Source: Carcharhinus amblyrhynchos (Eukaryota). Taken from it: a DNA stretch of 64,000 bases. The notes beneath the pieces are model-generated. The model did not search any database, had not been told where the DNA came from, and saw nothing but the letters and a program-made list of their open reading frames with translations. The DNA is taken from NCBI GenBank assembly GCA_965287045.1, contig OZ336872.1:81964001-82028000 (forward strand). The letters are read 5' to 3'. The translations under genes were made by a program, and so were the position numbers. Of this stretch, positions 12,110 through 26,170 are shown piece by piece (within the stretch, counting starts at the first letter, position 1; each line of letters begins with the position of its first letter).

Positions 12110-15080
12110 GTTTATTTAGGTTTTTATACGTTCACAGGATGTGGCCAGCATTTTTATTGCTCGTCCCTAACTCCCCTTAAGAAGGTCTGGATAATTCATC
12201 TCCTTGAACCACTGCCCTTATGTAGTATAGGTACACCCTCAGTGCTAGTGGGCAGAAGTTCCAGGATTTTGACCCTGTGACAGTAAAATATTAGCAATGT
12301 AGTTCCAAGTCAAGGTTGTGTGTGCCTTGGAAAGTAGCTTGCAGGTGCTGCTGTTCCCATACATCTGCTTCTCCTTGTTCTTCCGAGTGGTGCTGACTTT
12401 GTATGTGGAAGGTACTGTTGAAAGAGCCTTGGTAAATTGCTGCAGTACATCTGGTCGATGCCACTGTGTGTCAGTGGTGGAAGGAGTGAATGTTGGATAT
12501 GATGAATCGGCTTCTAATCAAGCAGCTGCTTTATCCTGGATGATGTCAAGCTTCTGGGGTGGTGGAACTGCATTCATCCAGGCAAATGGAGAGTATTCCA
12601 TCATACTCCTGACTTGTGCCTTATGGATGGTGGACAGAAAGATGGGAAGTGAGTTATCACTTGAGAATTCCCATTTTCTGACCTGTTCTTGTAGTTGGTG
12701 GATTTATATGGCTAGGCTGGTTCAGTCTGTGGTCAGTAATAACCCCCAAGATGTTGGTAGTGAGCATTCAGCCATGGCAATACCATTGAATGTCAAGGGA
12801 AATGGTTAGATTGTTGGAGATGGTCTTTGCCAAGCAGTTGTGTGGCAAAAATGCACCTGACCCGTTGTCAGCCCAAGCTTAAATCCTGTCCAGGTCTTAC
12901 TGCATATGACACAAATGCTTCATAATCTGCGGAGACAGCAGCAAACATCTCTACTTCTGACCCATTGATGGAAGGAAGATTATAATTCAACTGAAAATGT
13001 TTGGACCTCAGACGCTACCCTGAGGAACTCTGCAATGATGCCCAGGGACTAAAATGTCTAATCTCTAACAACCACAATCTCTTCCTTTGTGCTCAGTATG
13101 ACTCCAAACAGTGGAAAGTTTTCCCCGATTCCCAATGAATTTAATTTTGCGAGGATTCTTGATGCCACATTTGGACTAATGCTATAATGAGGCTAGTAGC
13201 TGAGTGGCCCTGGCAGAACGCAAGCTGAGCACCAGTGAGCAGGTTATTGATGAATAAGTACCGCTTGATAGCACTGATGATAACCCCTCACATCACTTTG
13301 TTGATGATTGAGAGTAAACTGATGAAGTAATAATTGGCTGGGTTGGATTTGTCCTACTTTCTGTGCACAGGACATACCTGGGCAATTTTCCACATTGCTG
13401 GGTAGATGCCAGTGTTTTAGCTGTACTGGAACAGCATGGCTATGGGCACTACAAAATCTGGGGAAAAAGTTTTTGGTACTATTACCATAATGTTGTCAGG
13501 ACCCATAGCCTTTGCAGAATCCAATGCCTCGGGCTGTTTCTTGATTTCATTTGTGGGCTGACACTGACGACTATGATGAGGACCTGCGAGAAGGGCAAGA
13601 TGAATCATCCACTTGGCATTTCTGGCTGAAGATGGTTCCAAATGTTTCGATCTTGTCTTTTGCACTAATGTACTGGGCTCCCCCATCATTGAGGATTGAG
13701 ATACTTGTATTCTTTCCTCCTGATAGTTTAATTATTCACCATCGTTGGTGACTAGGTGAATGGCTGCAGAGCTTGACTCTGTCTATCACATGTTGCTTCT
13801 AGTGTTTGGCATGCTAGTAGTCCTGTGTTATAGCTTCACTGGGTTGACACATCATTTTTAGGTATGCCTGGATCTGCTCCTGACATGTTCTCTTGCACTC
13901 TTCGTTGAACTAAGGTTGATCTCTTGGTTTGGTGGTAATTGTACTGGTGAGAGTAAGGCAGGCCTTGAGGTTATAAATTGTTCTTGAATGCATTTCTGAT
14001 ACTGCCATTGGCCTACAGTGCTTCGTGTACGTCCATTTTTGAGTTGCTAGATCTGCTCAAAATCTAATGGAGAGTATCCTCAATGTGAAATGGTCACTCA
14101 TACAAATAATGTCATGGACAGATGCATCTGTGGCAGACAGGTTGGTGAGGATGATCAAAATGAGATTAAAGATGTGCAGGTCAGGTGGATTGGCCATGCT
14201 AAACTGACCCTTAGTGTCCAAACATATGTAGGGTAGATGGATTAGCAATAGCAAATGTACAGGGATGGTGGAGGGTGGGGGTGGAGGGGAGCATGGATGT
14301 GATGCTTTTTAGGAGAATCGGAGCAGATGCGATTGGCTAAATGGCCTCCTTCTGCACTGTAGGGATTCTATGGATGAGGTCAAGTTTTTTTTTGCCCCTT
14401 CTTGTTGGTTCCTTCACCACCTGCGGCAGTCCCAGCCTAGCACCTATGCGTGAAAGCAGTTAGCGATATTAGGCAGGAGATTTCCTTGCCCATGTTTGAC
14501 TTGATGCCATGAGACTTCAAAGTCAATGTTGAGGACACCCAGGAAAATATCCTTCCAACTGTACTCCACTGCACCACGATCTATGGTGGGTCTGTCCTGT
14601 CTGTGGGATAGGGCATGCCTAAAGATGCTGATGGTGGCGATATCTGGAACATTGTCTGACGCTCTCCCAATTTTGGCACAATCCCCAGATATTATTAGGG
14701 AAGATTTTGCGGGGTCTTCAAGACTGGATTTTAAGTTGTCATTCTGGAGTGTGGCTGATGGCGGGAGGTCTGTCTGGTTTCATTCCCTTATTAAATTTGT
14801 ACAGTGGTTTGACATAACCAAGTGACTTGCAGAGGGCAAATAAGGGTCAACAATATTGCTATGGATCTTCCCAAAAGCACATTAATGAATCAGATAGGTT
14901 TTTAGGACAATCAGCAATGGTTTCATGATCAACATCACTGACATCAGCTTCCAATTCCAGAATTATTCATTGAATTTTACAACCCATCAGTTGTCACAGT
15001 GCGATTTGAATCTGTGTCCCCAGGTGTATTAGCCTCTGGAATACTAGTTTAGTGACATCACCTTGGCACCACTGCCTTTC
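12110..15080 (-). mobile_element. Degenerate CR1/L2-type LINE (EN-RT), distinct from the main CR1 family
   Basis: Peptide EIKKQPEALDSAKAMGPDNI...PIAMLFQYS. The 3' end ggatgtggccagcatttttattgctcgtccctaa is also seen at 27640 and, reversed, near 1120. Confidence 0.8.
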
Positions 15081-15803
15081 CTCGATCATTTAAGTACCAA
15101 CAATCTAATCCCAAGGTGCTTGAACACACAATAAAGAGAATCCTTCTAGTTAGATATATTGTATAAATAATTAATAGTTCTTGTCTTAGATTTTCTCTCT
15201 GAATATAGCTTCCTGATAAAGTATTCTGAAGTTTCAAGGAAACTCATTAAATAATGTATAGTATTGTGTGCAGATTAAATTTCAATTGATTTAAACAAAA
15301 ATATATTTTTAAGAGCAAAATATTTACATTTATTTTCTATTCTGGCGCCTTAGGTAGCTCCAGTTGTCCAACAATTGACTGCATTTTAGTGTTTGACACC
15401 CAATCAATGGTTCGGGAATTAACTTCCAGTGCTCCTTACCATTCAAACTCATGCTGTTTAGCTACCTGGGTTAGTTCTGTCTTATCTTAACTTTCAAATG
15501 GCCCATTGCAATCCTGTAAATATACATACAAGGTTATATCGACTACAGATTCCAGATAGTTACAATCTGCACTGCTTCTTATGAAGCGATCTCAATTCTT
15601 ACTTGAAAGTTGCCCTCATTGCTCTTGCCTTGCTTAGTAATGAGCTGCAGCTTTAGTACAAGACTACCAACCGTACTCACATTCTGATGATAACTCAGCT
15701 TAATGTTTATCCCTCGTTTTGTCTCTCCACTTCTATCTCTCTTTGCCTGATTATTTGATCTGATCAAATAAATAATGCAGGAAAGTCTGGTCAATTAGAT
15801 CTA

Positions 15804-17434
15804 GGGGGTGATTCCCCTCAAAAAATTCTAAGTGTTGAATTTTCAGGATAACTGGAGTAATCCACGCCGTTTTTTTTTCCCAATGGGAGTTCAAAGAAAA
15901 ATCTCCCACATTCTGTGCAATGCAGAGGCCACCAGCGTGAATATTATTAGATTTCGTGGGCAGGGCCTATTCATGCTGGAGAGGTTGAAATCAGTGGGCC
16001 CCTGTGCATGTGCAGTGGCCCCGAGGTGTCAACCTCTCATTTGCTGGCCACTGTGATCAGTGGCCTGCCTGGGACTCCCTGCAGTGCTGCCCCCCCCCCC
16101 CCCCCCCCCACCGCCCCCCCAACCGTGCATATGCTTGTCTTCATCAGCCGAGGCATTGAGTTTAAAAGTTGGCAAGTCATGTTGCAGCTTTACAGAACAT
16201 TGATTAGGCCGCACTTGGACCCCTACCAGAAGGATGTGGAGAGGGTACAGAAAAGATTTACCAGGATGTTGCTTGGTCTTGAGGGCATTTGCTATGAGGA
16301 GAGGTTGGAGAAACTTGGTTTGTTCTCACTGGAACGACAGATTGAGGGGCAACCTGATAGAAGTCTACAAGATTATGAGGGGCATGGACAGAGTGGATAG
16401 TCAGAAGCTTTTTCCCAGGGTGAGAGAGTCAATTACTAGGGGGCATAAGTTTAAGGTGCAAGGGGCAAGCTTTAAAGAAGGTGTACAAGGCAGATTTTTC
16501 ACACAGAGTGGTGGGTGACTGGAACTTGCTGCTGGGGGAGGTAATGGAAGCAGATGCTATCGTGATTTTTAAGGGGCAAATACATAATAGGATAAAAATA
16601 GAGGGATATGGTTCCCAGAGGGTAGGGGGTTTTAGCTCAGTCGGGCAGCATGGTAAGTGCAGGCCTGGAGGGCCAAAGAGCCTGTTCCTGTGCTGTAATT
16701 TTCTTTCTTCTTTGTTCTTATTCTTGGGCCAGCCCTGAAACCCCCCTGTCCAGGCCCGCCCAGATCTCCAGCCCAGCTCCCCCCAGCCAGGAATGACGAT
16801 CTCCCCCCAAACCACCCCCCCCCCCTTTACAGGCAGAACCCCATCCAGCAGACCGCTGGCCTCCCTCCAGCCCCCACCAATCCCCATGCAGATTGGCAGC
16901 AGGACACCCACCAATTGGCCACTTGGCCCAACATGCCCCACCCCTTGGCACTGCCCCATGCTCGGTGGGCAGTGTCAAGGTGCCTCCTGAGCATGGGCTA
17001 TTTGCCCCTTGGGCACTGCCAGGGAGCACAGACTGGCACTGACAAGGTGCCCATGCCTGACCCCTTGGGGAGCTCTGCTTGCCCCCCTCTTCACTCCAGC
17101 AAGGTCGAGTCACTAGCCTCCCGAAAGTTGGGGGCTTGTTTAATCCCTGCTGGAATGAAACACTCTAACGGGGTGGGAGATGCTAGTGGGCCCAGAGAAT
17201 TCAGTCCCGGGCCTGCTAATAGTATTTAAATAGTATGTAAAATGCTATTTAAATACTAGCCCCGCCTCCCAGCTAATTTCTGGCGTTGCACAGATACCGC
17301 CGGAAATCAGGGCCTGGGAGATACGAGCGTGAACACAAGCACAAACTCTCGTGGGAATCCTGCAGGACAGCCAATGTGTGATTTTCCCAGCCACTGTGCT
17401 ACAAATTAGTACAGCAGGATGGGAGAATCACACC
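15804..17434. mobile_element. GC-rich TIR element with an internal CR1 insertion
   Basis: GGGGGTGATTCCCC...GGGAGAATCACACC; C-rich interior. Confidence 0.7.
16126..16722 (+). mobile_element. CR1 LINE 3' fragment
   Basis: MLVFISRGIEFKSWQVMLQLYRTLIRPHL...VERVQKRFTRML; tail ggagggccaaagagcctgttcctgtgctgtaattttc. Confidence 0.92.
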
Positions 17435-17925
17435 GCCCCCCCCATCTAAGGGGCATATTGTACAAATAATTTGTGGAACAGAAATTCAAAAATTCTTTCT
17501 CTTTCCAATCACCTGGCGAATGGAAAATTGTACTTGTATCTTTACTTACAGTCAGCATTCCAATGATGGTGATTTTACAATTTTGGTTTCATGCAAAGAC
17601 AGCATTTTCCCTGGGCTTTAAAATTAAGTGATATATTTGTAAGTGTGGCAGTCACATATCCAATCCTCTGAAATGGATTTTTTAAATGATACATCTTGTG
17701 ATTACTTGTCATCGGTTTAAATGCCCACCAGATTAACAAATAAAATTGACGCTGCCTTGTCACTGATGTCATATTGAGGGCCATAGTTCTGAATGAGCAG
17801 TGTCTTGACTCTCGTAACTGTGAAGATCAAGTATGAACAGAAAAACGTCTGTGGAAACTGAATTTAAGTCCACAATGAATTGCATCGCCACAATAAAATG
17901 GTCAAGGTTTTGTTCCAGTAATTTA

Positions 17926-18265
17926 GAATCTCTACAGTGCAGAAGGAGGCCATTAGGCCATTGAGTCTGCACTGAATTTCCGACTTACCCAGGACCACAC
18001 ACCATCTTATTCCCCTAACCTCACATATTTACCTTGCTAATGCCCCTAACCTACACATCTTGGAACACTAGGAGGCAATTTTGCCATAGCCAATCAATGT
18101 AACCCACATGTCTTTGGACTGTGTGAGGAAACGAGAGCACCCGGAGGAGACCCACGCAGACCTGGGGAGAATGTGCAACCTCCACACAGACAGTCACCCA
18201 AGACTAGAATCAAACCTAGATCCCTGGCATTGTGAAGTAGCAGTGCTAAGCATTGCGCCGCCATG
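17926..18265 (-). mobile_element. HE1-like V-SINE
   Basis: Reverse complement of SINE head, V-domain and tail. Confidence 0.88.
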
Positions 18266-18994
18266 CTGTTACTATCTGGGTGATGCCAGGTGGTTAGGAT
18301 TTGTGGAACTTGGGACTAGCACAGTTTCATAGCAGGCATTGGAACGCATATCTGTGATTCAATATTGGTTGGAATGTTTGGAATATCTTGCAGTTTTCAA
18401 TTGGAACGATGTCCACAAGGTGTAAGAAGAATGCAACCAGCAACACTATTAGCACACAGAAGTTTATGTCAAAACCTAAGTAGAGAATAGCTGTCATGAG
18501 AAAAATATTGAGCACATGGCAAACTAAATTACATGTTGTTATGGCAGACATTTTATATAACTCACTCATGAGAAACTTGCCAGCTTCTTTGATTTTATAT
18601 CACACTTGAAACACTTTGTGGAAATGCTTTGCTGTCAGACTCCTTAAAATGTGGAGTGGTTTCACTGTGCTTGGCAGGTTGCCATGTTTAACTATAATCA
18701 TTTGATTTCAAATGCGGATATATGAACAGAAAGAAATATGCTGCCCACATTCTGCATATTAAGTTTCACAGAATATCGCAGGTACAAACTCTTAGAACAA
18801 AGTGCAAATCAACTCCACAATGTGCCCTTGTTAGAATTATTCTGACCTAAATTATTCAAACTTGCATTTCACTGCAGTGATGGATACCTGCCCTAATAAT
18901 CCTCAGCTTACCCATGTTAGTTCAATGTCAATTTTCACACAATCCTTGGCAATTGACTGTACAGTGGGCTTGTAGAAGCTGAAGACTTGTTACA

Positions 18995-19760
18995 CAAGGA
19001 CTAATAGGCTGGTAAATTGGGCGTTGAAAGGGCAGATGAAATTTAATCCAGATAAATGTGAGGTGATGCATTTTGGAAGAAATAATGTAGGGGGGAGTTG
19101 TACAATAAATGGTAGGACCATTAAGAGTGCAGAAACACAGAGGGACCTAGGTGTGCAAGTTCACAAGTCCTTGAAGGTGGCAGCACAGGTGGAGAAGGTG
19201 GTGAAGAAGGCATATAGTATGCTTGCCTTTATAGGAAGGGGTATAGAGTATAAAAGCTGGCATCTAATGTTGCAGTTGTTTAGAACGTTGGTTAGACCAC
19301 ATTTGGAGTACTGCCTCCAGTTCTGGTTGCCGCATTACCGGAAGGACGTAGAGGCCTTGGAGAGAGTGCAGAGGAGGTTTACCAGGATGCTGCCTGGTAT
19401 GGAGGGTCGTGGCTATGAGGAGAGATTGGGCAAATTGGGGTTGTTCTCCCTGGAAAGATGGAGAATGAGGGGAGACCTAATAGAGGTGTATAAGATTATG
19501 AAGGGTATAGATAGAGTGAACAGTGGGAAGCTTTTTCCAGGTTGGATGCGAAAATCACGAGGGGTCACGGGCTCAAGGCGAGAGGGATGAGGTATAATTC
19601 AGAAGTTAGAGGGAGGTTTTTCCCACAGAGGGTTGTGGGGGCCTGGAATGCACTGCCAAGTAGGGTGGTGGAGGCAGGCACGCTAGAGTTGTTTAAGGCT
19701 TACCTAGATAGGCACATGAGCAGACTAGAGATGGAGGGATACAAAAGAATATTCTAGTTG
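18995..19760 (+). mobile_element. Relatively young 5'-truncated CR1 LINE, RT C-terminus
   Basis: 188-aa open stretch (FNPDKCEVMHFG...RDLGV...LVRPHLEYC..FW.PHYRKDVEALERVQRRFTRM), one frameshift, then TRGH...WNALP. Confidence 0.95.
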
Positions 19761-20054
19761 AGGATCAAGAGCCTCAGGATGTTCCTGGGAATTAACAGAT
19801 TCCTATCGCTGTCCAATAAATTTTATGGCTCACCTGTCTCTTACGTTGGAGCTACTGGGGATCTTCCGTTAATGTCTCTATAGACTGTATGTTTATTGAT
19901 GTCTCCTTTTACATCCACAGGGGATCTGGTCCGCCTTGTTGGCTAACAAGGGGCATACACGCAGTGGGTTGTGCGAGGGCTGCTCTTGGATGTTGCTTCG
20001 AGAGTTGCCTAGTGCTTCACGTCGTTAGTGTATGCTTAAACTGGACCAACTGAT

Positions 20055-20260
20055 GGGCAACACGACAGCTCAGAGACTATCACTGTTTGCTGTGCAGTTA
20101 CAGGGACCCGGGTCGGATCTCCGGCTTGGGTCAGTGTCTGTGGGAGTTTGCACATTCTCCCCGTGCCTGCATGGGTTTTCTCCAGGTGCTCCAGTTTCCT
20201 CCCACACCCCAAAAACGTGCTTTTAGGCTGATTGGTGTTAATAAATTGTCCCTAAATTGG
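20055..20260 (+). mobile_element. V-SINE variant lacking the normal tail
   Basis: cagggacccgggtcggatc...gggttttctccaggtgctccagtttcctcccacacc. Confidence 0.8.
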
Positions 20261-20819
20261 GTCTCCCTTAATTTGGCGCACATATAATTCCCTCAATTTG
20301 CACCCCTTTATTGTGGAGTCCATGAGATGTAAACAAAAGTTGTAGGTAAGAGAAAGATTGGAATGAGGCACTCACTGAGTGTTAAAACGGGTGGCACAGG
20401 TTGTAGGGCCGAAGGGCCTCTTTCCTGTGCTGTGTTGTTCTTTGTTCTTTGTTTTAAACCTGGGAGGATAAGTAAAAGGTGGCAAATATCCACTCTAAAC
20501 CACTAAAGAGAGATGATTAGATCAACAAGGATGGAACCGTTTGCACTTTTTAGATGTCGACAAGAACCTCAAGGGTTTTCATTATGATTCACTGATTATC
20601 TGCTTCATGTTGTACTACTTCAGATTTCATTCATGGCCTGTGCAAACCAAGTTGATTGTATTGAAAGAGCAACGGGTAGTATAAGTAAAATGAGCATATC
20701 CAAGTTGGTAAGGGGAGTAAAGAGGACAGCAGTGTGGAAACTAGTGTGATAATTTGGATAGTAAGTGACAGGTGGATCAGACTGATATAGGTTGGCTGCT
20801 GAGATTGAATGACCAATGA

Positions 20820-21355
20820 CATTCACCAATAATTGACCCTGACCCATTTTTAAGGAAATATATACTTGCATTGCCCAGCATAGTGAAGGTTCACTAAATT
20901 GGTCCATGGAAGAGGATTGTCCTAATATTGGAGGCTGAGCAGATCTATGCTGTCTGGAGTTCAGAGGAATGAGAGGTGGTTTCATTGAAACCTCCAAGAT
21001 TCTGAAGGAGCTTTATGGGATAAATTCTGATGGATTGTTTCCACTGGTAATGGAATTGAAAGTTCGGGAGCACAGTCTCAGGTTAAGGGATTGATTATTT
21101 AGGGATGAGAAGAAGACAAATTGCTTCACTCAAAGGGTTGTGAATCTTTGGAATTCTCTAACCCTCCGGGGTTATGGATGTTTCATTGTTGATTATGTTT
21201 AAGGCTGGGATAGACTGATTTTTGGTCTCTCGGGGATTTAAAAGAAATGGGGAATGGGTGACTTGAAACTTGAGATTAGCTATAATTGTATTGACTGGTG
21301 GAGCAGGCTTGTTGAGTCATAAGGTTTACTCTGCTGTGTCCATTTCATGTGTTCT
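20820..21355 (+). mobile_element. CR1 LINE 3' fragment
   Basis: ctggagttcagaggaatgagaggtg...cttcactcaaagggttgtgaatctttggaattctcta. Confidence 0.8.
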
Positions 21356-21741
21356 TGTGACATTCATTGCCCATACACAGCCCAGATGAAAAACCAATTG
21401 GACACAGTATGAGAGAAAGGCAGGGGTGAGAAAGGATCTTGGCTCAGAAGATCAGGATGTAGCATGAGTGGAGGTAAGAAGAAACAAAGTGCAGAAAGTG
21501 GGAGTAATTTATAGGCCTACGAGCAATAATCATAACGTTGGGCAAAGTATAAACCAGCAAAGTAGAGGAGCAGGGAACAAGGGTATTGCAGTAATCTTGA
21601 ACTTCCTGTAGATTAGGCAAACAAAATAGGTTGAAATGAGCTTGGAGGGAATTCACTGAATGTATTACAGTTTTCTCTAGCAACAGGAGGAGCAAATTAA
21701 GGGACGGGCTATGTTGTATCTAATGTTGTGTAACAAGATAA

Positions 21742-22680
21742 GGGGGAACGATTCTCTGGCCCCGTGCTCCCCAGCACAAATCATGTTATGGCAGGAGAAT
21801 GTCATGAGAGGGGCCAAACCTGATTTGTGCCGGCAAGAACCCCATTTGAGATTCTTCCTCCCACCCCACATCGATGTAATCCGGTTCATGCCCAGTGAGG
21901 GAGTGAACCATGTTAAATTGCATTTTAAATATGCAGGGTCTGTTTAAACCAGATTCATCCAGCTCCCAGGATTCACTGGTTGGCACTGCCAGGATGCAAG
22001 GGGGCAGTGCAAAGTTGGCAGTGCCAAGGATGAGGCCTAAATGGGAGATTATGAGAGGGAAGCCCTGAAGAGATGGGGTACATGAGAGGAGATTTTGAAG
22101 TGGGGGGGGGGTTCTTGATTTTTGGGGGGAGGCAGGTGGGGGGAGTCTGGTCACCCTCGTATGGTGGGAGCAGAGGGATGATGATCGGATATTTAGTGAT
22201 GGTGGGACAGGTTGTCCCTCTAGGGACACTCCCCATGTCTGCAGAGAGCCATGCTGTCCATGGAAGGAGGGGGCGCGGGGGTGTGCGGAATGGGATCATC
22301 AGCTTCACTTTCAGATCAGGGTGCTCTTTAAAATTGGGGCACTCATCACAGAGGAAATGGTCTTGCAATGTTTTCAGGTTGCATACATCCCTAAGCTGCA
22401 AAAACAAACTAAGTTTGGATGAATTGAGCTCTGGATTGTCCGTCCCACCCGACAGAATTCTCACTGCTTTTCCCACTGGGGATGGGACTTCGGCGGATTC
22501 TCCAATCCCACCAGCGGCGCACCCCGTGCCACAAGTTTCCTGGTGACATGGGGTGGCTTCAATGGGAGTTCCCATTGACAGCGGCAGGATCTCCCGCATG
22601 CCACCTTCCACCACTGAGATGCAAGCTGTGGGTGGGGGGTGGGGGGGCAACCATTGCACATCTTTCAGAGAATTCCACCA
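21742..22680. mobile_element. GC-rich TIR element(s)
   Basis: GGGGGAACGATTCTC start and AGAGAATTCCACC end. Interior similar to the 10106 and 37760 elements. Confidence 0.6.
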
Positions 22681-23009
22681 AAGGTTAATTAGAAATCTTA
22701 TTTTTAAAGGACTTGCAGTTAGCCTGGATTTAGTGATCAGGAAAGAGCTCAAATCCTTTCTTAAGGGATGGATAACAGGACACGCCTCTTAGTGTGCAAT
22801 GATGGTGGTCTAGCCATGGTAAATGCACAGGATTATGGGCATAGTGCAGGAAGGCAGGCCTGGATAAGTTGTTTCTTCAAACAATCAGTGAAAACTCAGT
22901 GGGCTGACTGGCCTCCTTCAGCACAGTAGGGATTCAATGGTTCTATGAGGGACTAATAAATGTTGAGGTTTAGAGCGATCTGGGGATCCTTACACATGAA
23001 TCACAGGAA

Positions 23010-23311
23010 ATTTGTCACAAGTAGGCTTACATTAACACTGCAATGAAGTTACTGTGAAAATCCCTGAGTTGCCATGCTCCAGCACCTGTTCGCGTACACT
23101 GAGGAAGAATGGCCAATGCACGTAACCAGCACGTCTTTCAGACTGTGGGAGGAAACTGAAGCATCTGGAGGAAACCCACATAGACATGGGGAAAATGTGC
23201 AAACTCCGCACAGACAGTGACCCAAGCTGAGAATCGAACCCAGATCCCTGGCACTGTGAGGCAGCAGTGCTTGGCACTATGAGGCAGCAGTCCTAACCAC
23301 CGTGCTGCCCC
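23010..23311 (-). mobile_element. V-SINE subfamily with alternative tail
   Basis: SINE head and V-domain with tail acttcattgcagtgttaatgtaagcctacttgtgaca; the same tail occurs at 26908-27130 and 54605-54878. Confidence 0.85.
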
Positions 23312-23420
23312 AAAAACATTATGATGGAGGTACAGCAATCAATTAGGATAACAAAATATATAGCAAGCTGGTGACATTAAGGTAGTCTTGCTGCAATTAT
23401 GTAAGGTTTGGTGAGACTAT

Positions 23421-24110
23421 GGGTGGAATTCTCCCATTTCGAACAAAGGCCACTGGTGGGGATGCAGACTGTTTTTTGCTGCAGAGATTGACGGGCAAGC
23501 AGGCCATATCCTCTTGCCTTGACCTCATCATTCATACCTCTAAGGTTTACAGACCTATGAGAGCAGGGTGGACTTGATTGTGCAAGTCCCGCCATTGTAT
23601 CTAGGTGCCATATTAAAGAGGTACCCAGCACCACTGAAGAAAGACAGTGGACCTCCAGAAGAAAGAAGATTGATCTCCAGGAATGCTCTGAAGCTGGAAA
23701 ATGGGCCTCCTGAAAAAGATGGACCTTCTCGATGACAATGAAGTTGGAAGATCCACCTGACAAATGCTCCCCCACCCACTGCTGTGATGTTTCAGGGTTC
23801 AGAGTCGCTGGCAGCCTACATCCCAAACTCCTGTGGTAGCCCCTGACAATCTGCAGATAAATCCTGATTTCTGCATGCCACATTGTTACAGATGTGCTCT
23901 GGACTATCGTGGGTTTCCCACTGGCGTCGGGGAGGATCCATCGTGGGAGTAAGATTCTGGTCAGCCTTCATTTTCATTCCATTAACTAATCAGTTTCACA
24001 CTGGCTACCAGCGGGTTTCCTGATCTGGTGGGCACCAGCGAAAGACCCCAAGGGGAATTTATACTGGCATTAAAGTCTCCCATTGAATTCTCCTCCCCTG
24101 CCCCCCCATT
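23421..24110. mobile_element. Second copy of the ~700 bp TIR element, inserted in a CR1 fragment
   Basis: GGGTGGAATTCTC start; colinear with 1499-2203. CR1 flanks at 22950-23420 and 24130-24620. Confidence 0.7.
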
Positions 24111-25377
24111 CAACCCTTGGTTGGGGTCATGAAGGCCTACATCTGAAATACTCTTTATGGTTTTGGTCTCCATACTTAAGGGAGGATATATCTGCCCTAG
24201 ATGGAGTGCAATAAAAAAAACACTTGTTTTTGAGACCTAAGGTCATACCAGGGGAGATCAATTAGAATGGGCCTTCTATTCTCTGGAGTTTATGAGATCT
24301 GATCTCATCGCTTCATTAAAACTTCTTTGAGAGCTTGAGAGTGTAGATATTGAGAGGCTATTACCCCAGCTGGAGAGAACTAAGGCTCCCATCTCAAAGG
24401 GGTAGGCCATTTAATTCCAAGATAAGCAAAATCATCTTCACTCAGAAGGTTATGAATCTTTGGGCATTTCTGAGGTAAAGAATCTCAATTGCTGAGCATA
24501 TTCAAGATGGCGACATTTTCTGCCACACCCAGAGAATCAAGGGATATGGGGATTGGATGGGAAAGTGGGGTTCAGTCATGATTTTATTGAACAGTGGACT
24601 TGCTTGTACTTCTTACATTCTCAAATATTTTAGGTATTGCTTTGAAATCATAGAAACGCAAATCCTGCAAAGGTGCTGCCTTCACACAAAGAGAGAAGAC
24701 ATGGAGACTAAAGTAGGAAAAAAATACTTGCTTTCAAAATGCTCGATACTTTATATAATTACAGTGATTTACAAGCTAACATTGAAGTATCCATCATCTA
24801 TTTATCCCAAGTCCAATTATGAAAATAAAGCTGATTTTAGCACTTAATGCGATATTCTCATTAACAAAACTCCCAGGAGCAGAAGGTAGGATTATTATTC
24901 TAGTCACAAGTTGCCTAAAGCACTTGTTTTATGAATGATGTCACTGAGGCAACAATATTATTTGTGGAAACCGCTTGGGCTTTGCCAGAAATGATATACT
25001 GATGGAAACAGCAAGTTAATTTCAAACTCAGAATTAACTGGAATTTTAACCTGATTGGGTTAATTTGTAAATAGTCACAATTGGCCTGAATCTAATAGTG
25101 GCATGCAGTGTTTCAACAGTGCATCATTAAAGTACAAGGGACAATTTGTGAAATGATGTTCCCATTATTAAATTCTGCTTATCCTTCCAGTAGACGGACA
25201 AGCAACTAACACCTATGATTGCAGCGAATCAAAGTTTAGAAAGTGTTTTAAAAGAGAAAACAATATCACGACAGAAGTGCCTGGTAGCCAAAATGCGCAA
25301 GGGAAACATAGTCAATGAATATAATGGATGGAAATTGGATCCTAAAACATTAATTCTTTGTTAACATTTTGAACAGC

Positions 25378-25512
25378 TCTGAAGCCGAGTCATATGGACT
25401 TGAAACATTTTTCTATTTCTCTCTCTACAGCTGCAGTCAGGCATGCTGAGCGTTTCCAGCATTTTCTGTTTTTGTCTTAGATTCCAGTATCTGCAGTATT
25501 TTGCTTTTGTAT
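25378..25512 (+). mobile_element. Penelope-like terminal fragment
   Basis: ctgaagccgagtcatatggacttgaaac...ccagcattttctgtttttgtcttagattccagtatctgcagta. Confidence 0.65.
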
Positions 25513-25526
25513 TAGAATAGAACAGA

Positions 25527-25826
25527 ATAGAATCCCCAAGTGTAGAAGGAGGTCATTCGGCCCATCAAGCCTGCACCGACAACAATCCCACCCAGGCCCT
25601 ATACATCCCCATAATCCCACATATTTACCCGCTAATCCCCGTGACACTAAGGGACCATTTAGCATGGCGAATCAACCTAACCTGCACACCTTTGGAGTGT
25701 CAGAGGAAACCCACCCAGACATGGGGAGAACGTGCAAACTTCACATTGACAGTCACCCAAGGCTAGAATCAAACCTGGGCCCCTGGTGTTGTGAGGCAGC
25801 AGTGCTAACGACTGTGCAATCGTGTC
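25527..25826 (-). mobile_element. HE1-like V-SINE
   Basis: Reverse-complement SINE with tail and head. Confidence 0.88.
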
Positions 25827-26170
25827 ATTAGGCACTATTTTCTAGTCCCATCAAAAGTCAATGGACGTTTAGCTGCCTCTTCACGTGTTCTGGAAAATTC
25901 TGGTCATTAATTCTTTGTTTAACCTTAAGGAAGTTCACAACATGAAGACAGGGAGAAACTGAAGTATTTAATTTCTTTTCTTGAAGGCATTGACTGTGGC
26001 ATCAGGTGTATTTTTCCACACAGACCAAGGACCTTGTTCAAGGTGATACATACATGATTTTTGCTGATGTTGGGAAATTATTTGGTTGAAGTTCATGGTA
26101 TAAGAAGGAAAAAGAAAACTGGTGAAACTCAGCAGGTTAGGCAGCAACTGTACAGAGAAGCAGAGCTAAC

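Noticed and set aside
15675-15750. Good minus-strand donor gtgagt with an upstream AG
   Set aside because: Poor polypyrimidine tract and no Eph similarity.
19024-19590. 188-aa ORF as a host gene or domesticated RT
   Set aside because: Plain 5'-truncated CR1 ORF2 C-terminus with a frameshift.
21973-22752. Longest ORF in the track (259 aa) and overlapping Pro/Gly-rich ORFs
   Set aside because: Lies in a GC-rich TIR element with low-complexity translation and no domain or splice support.
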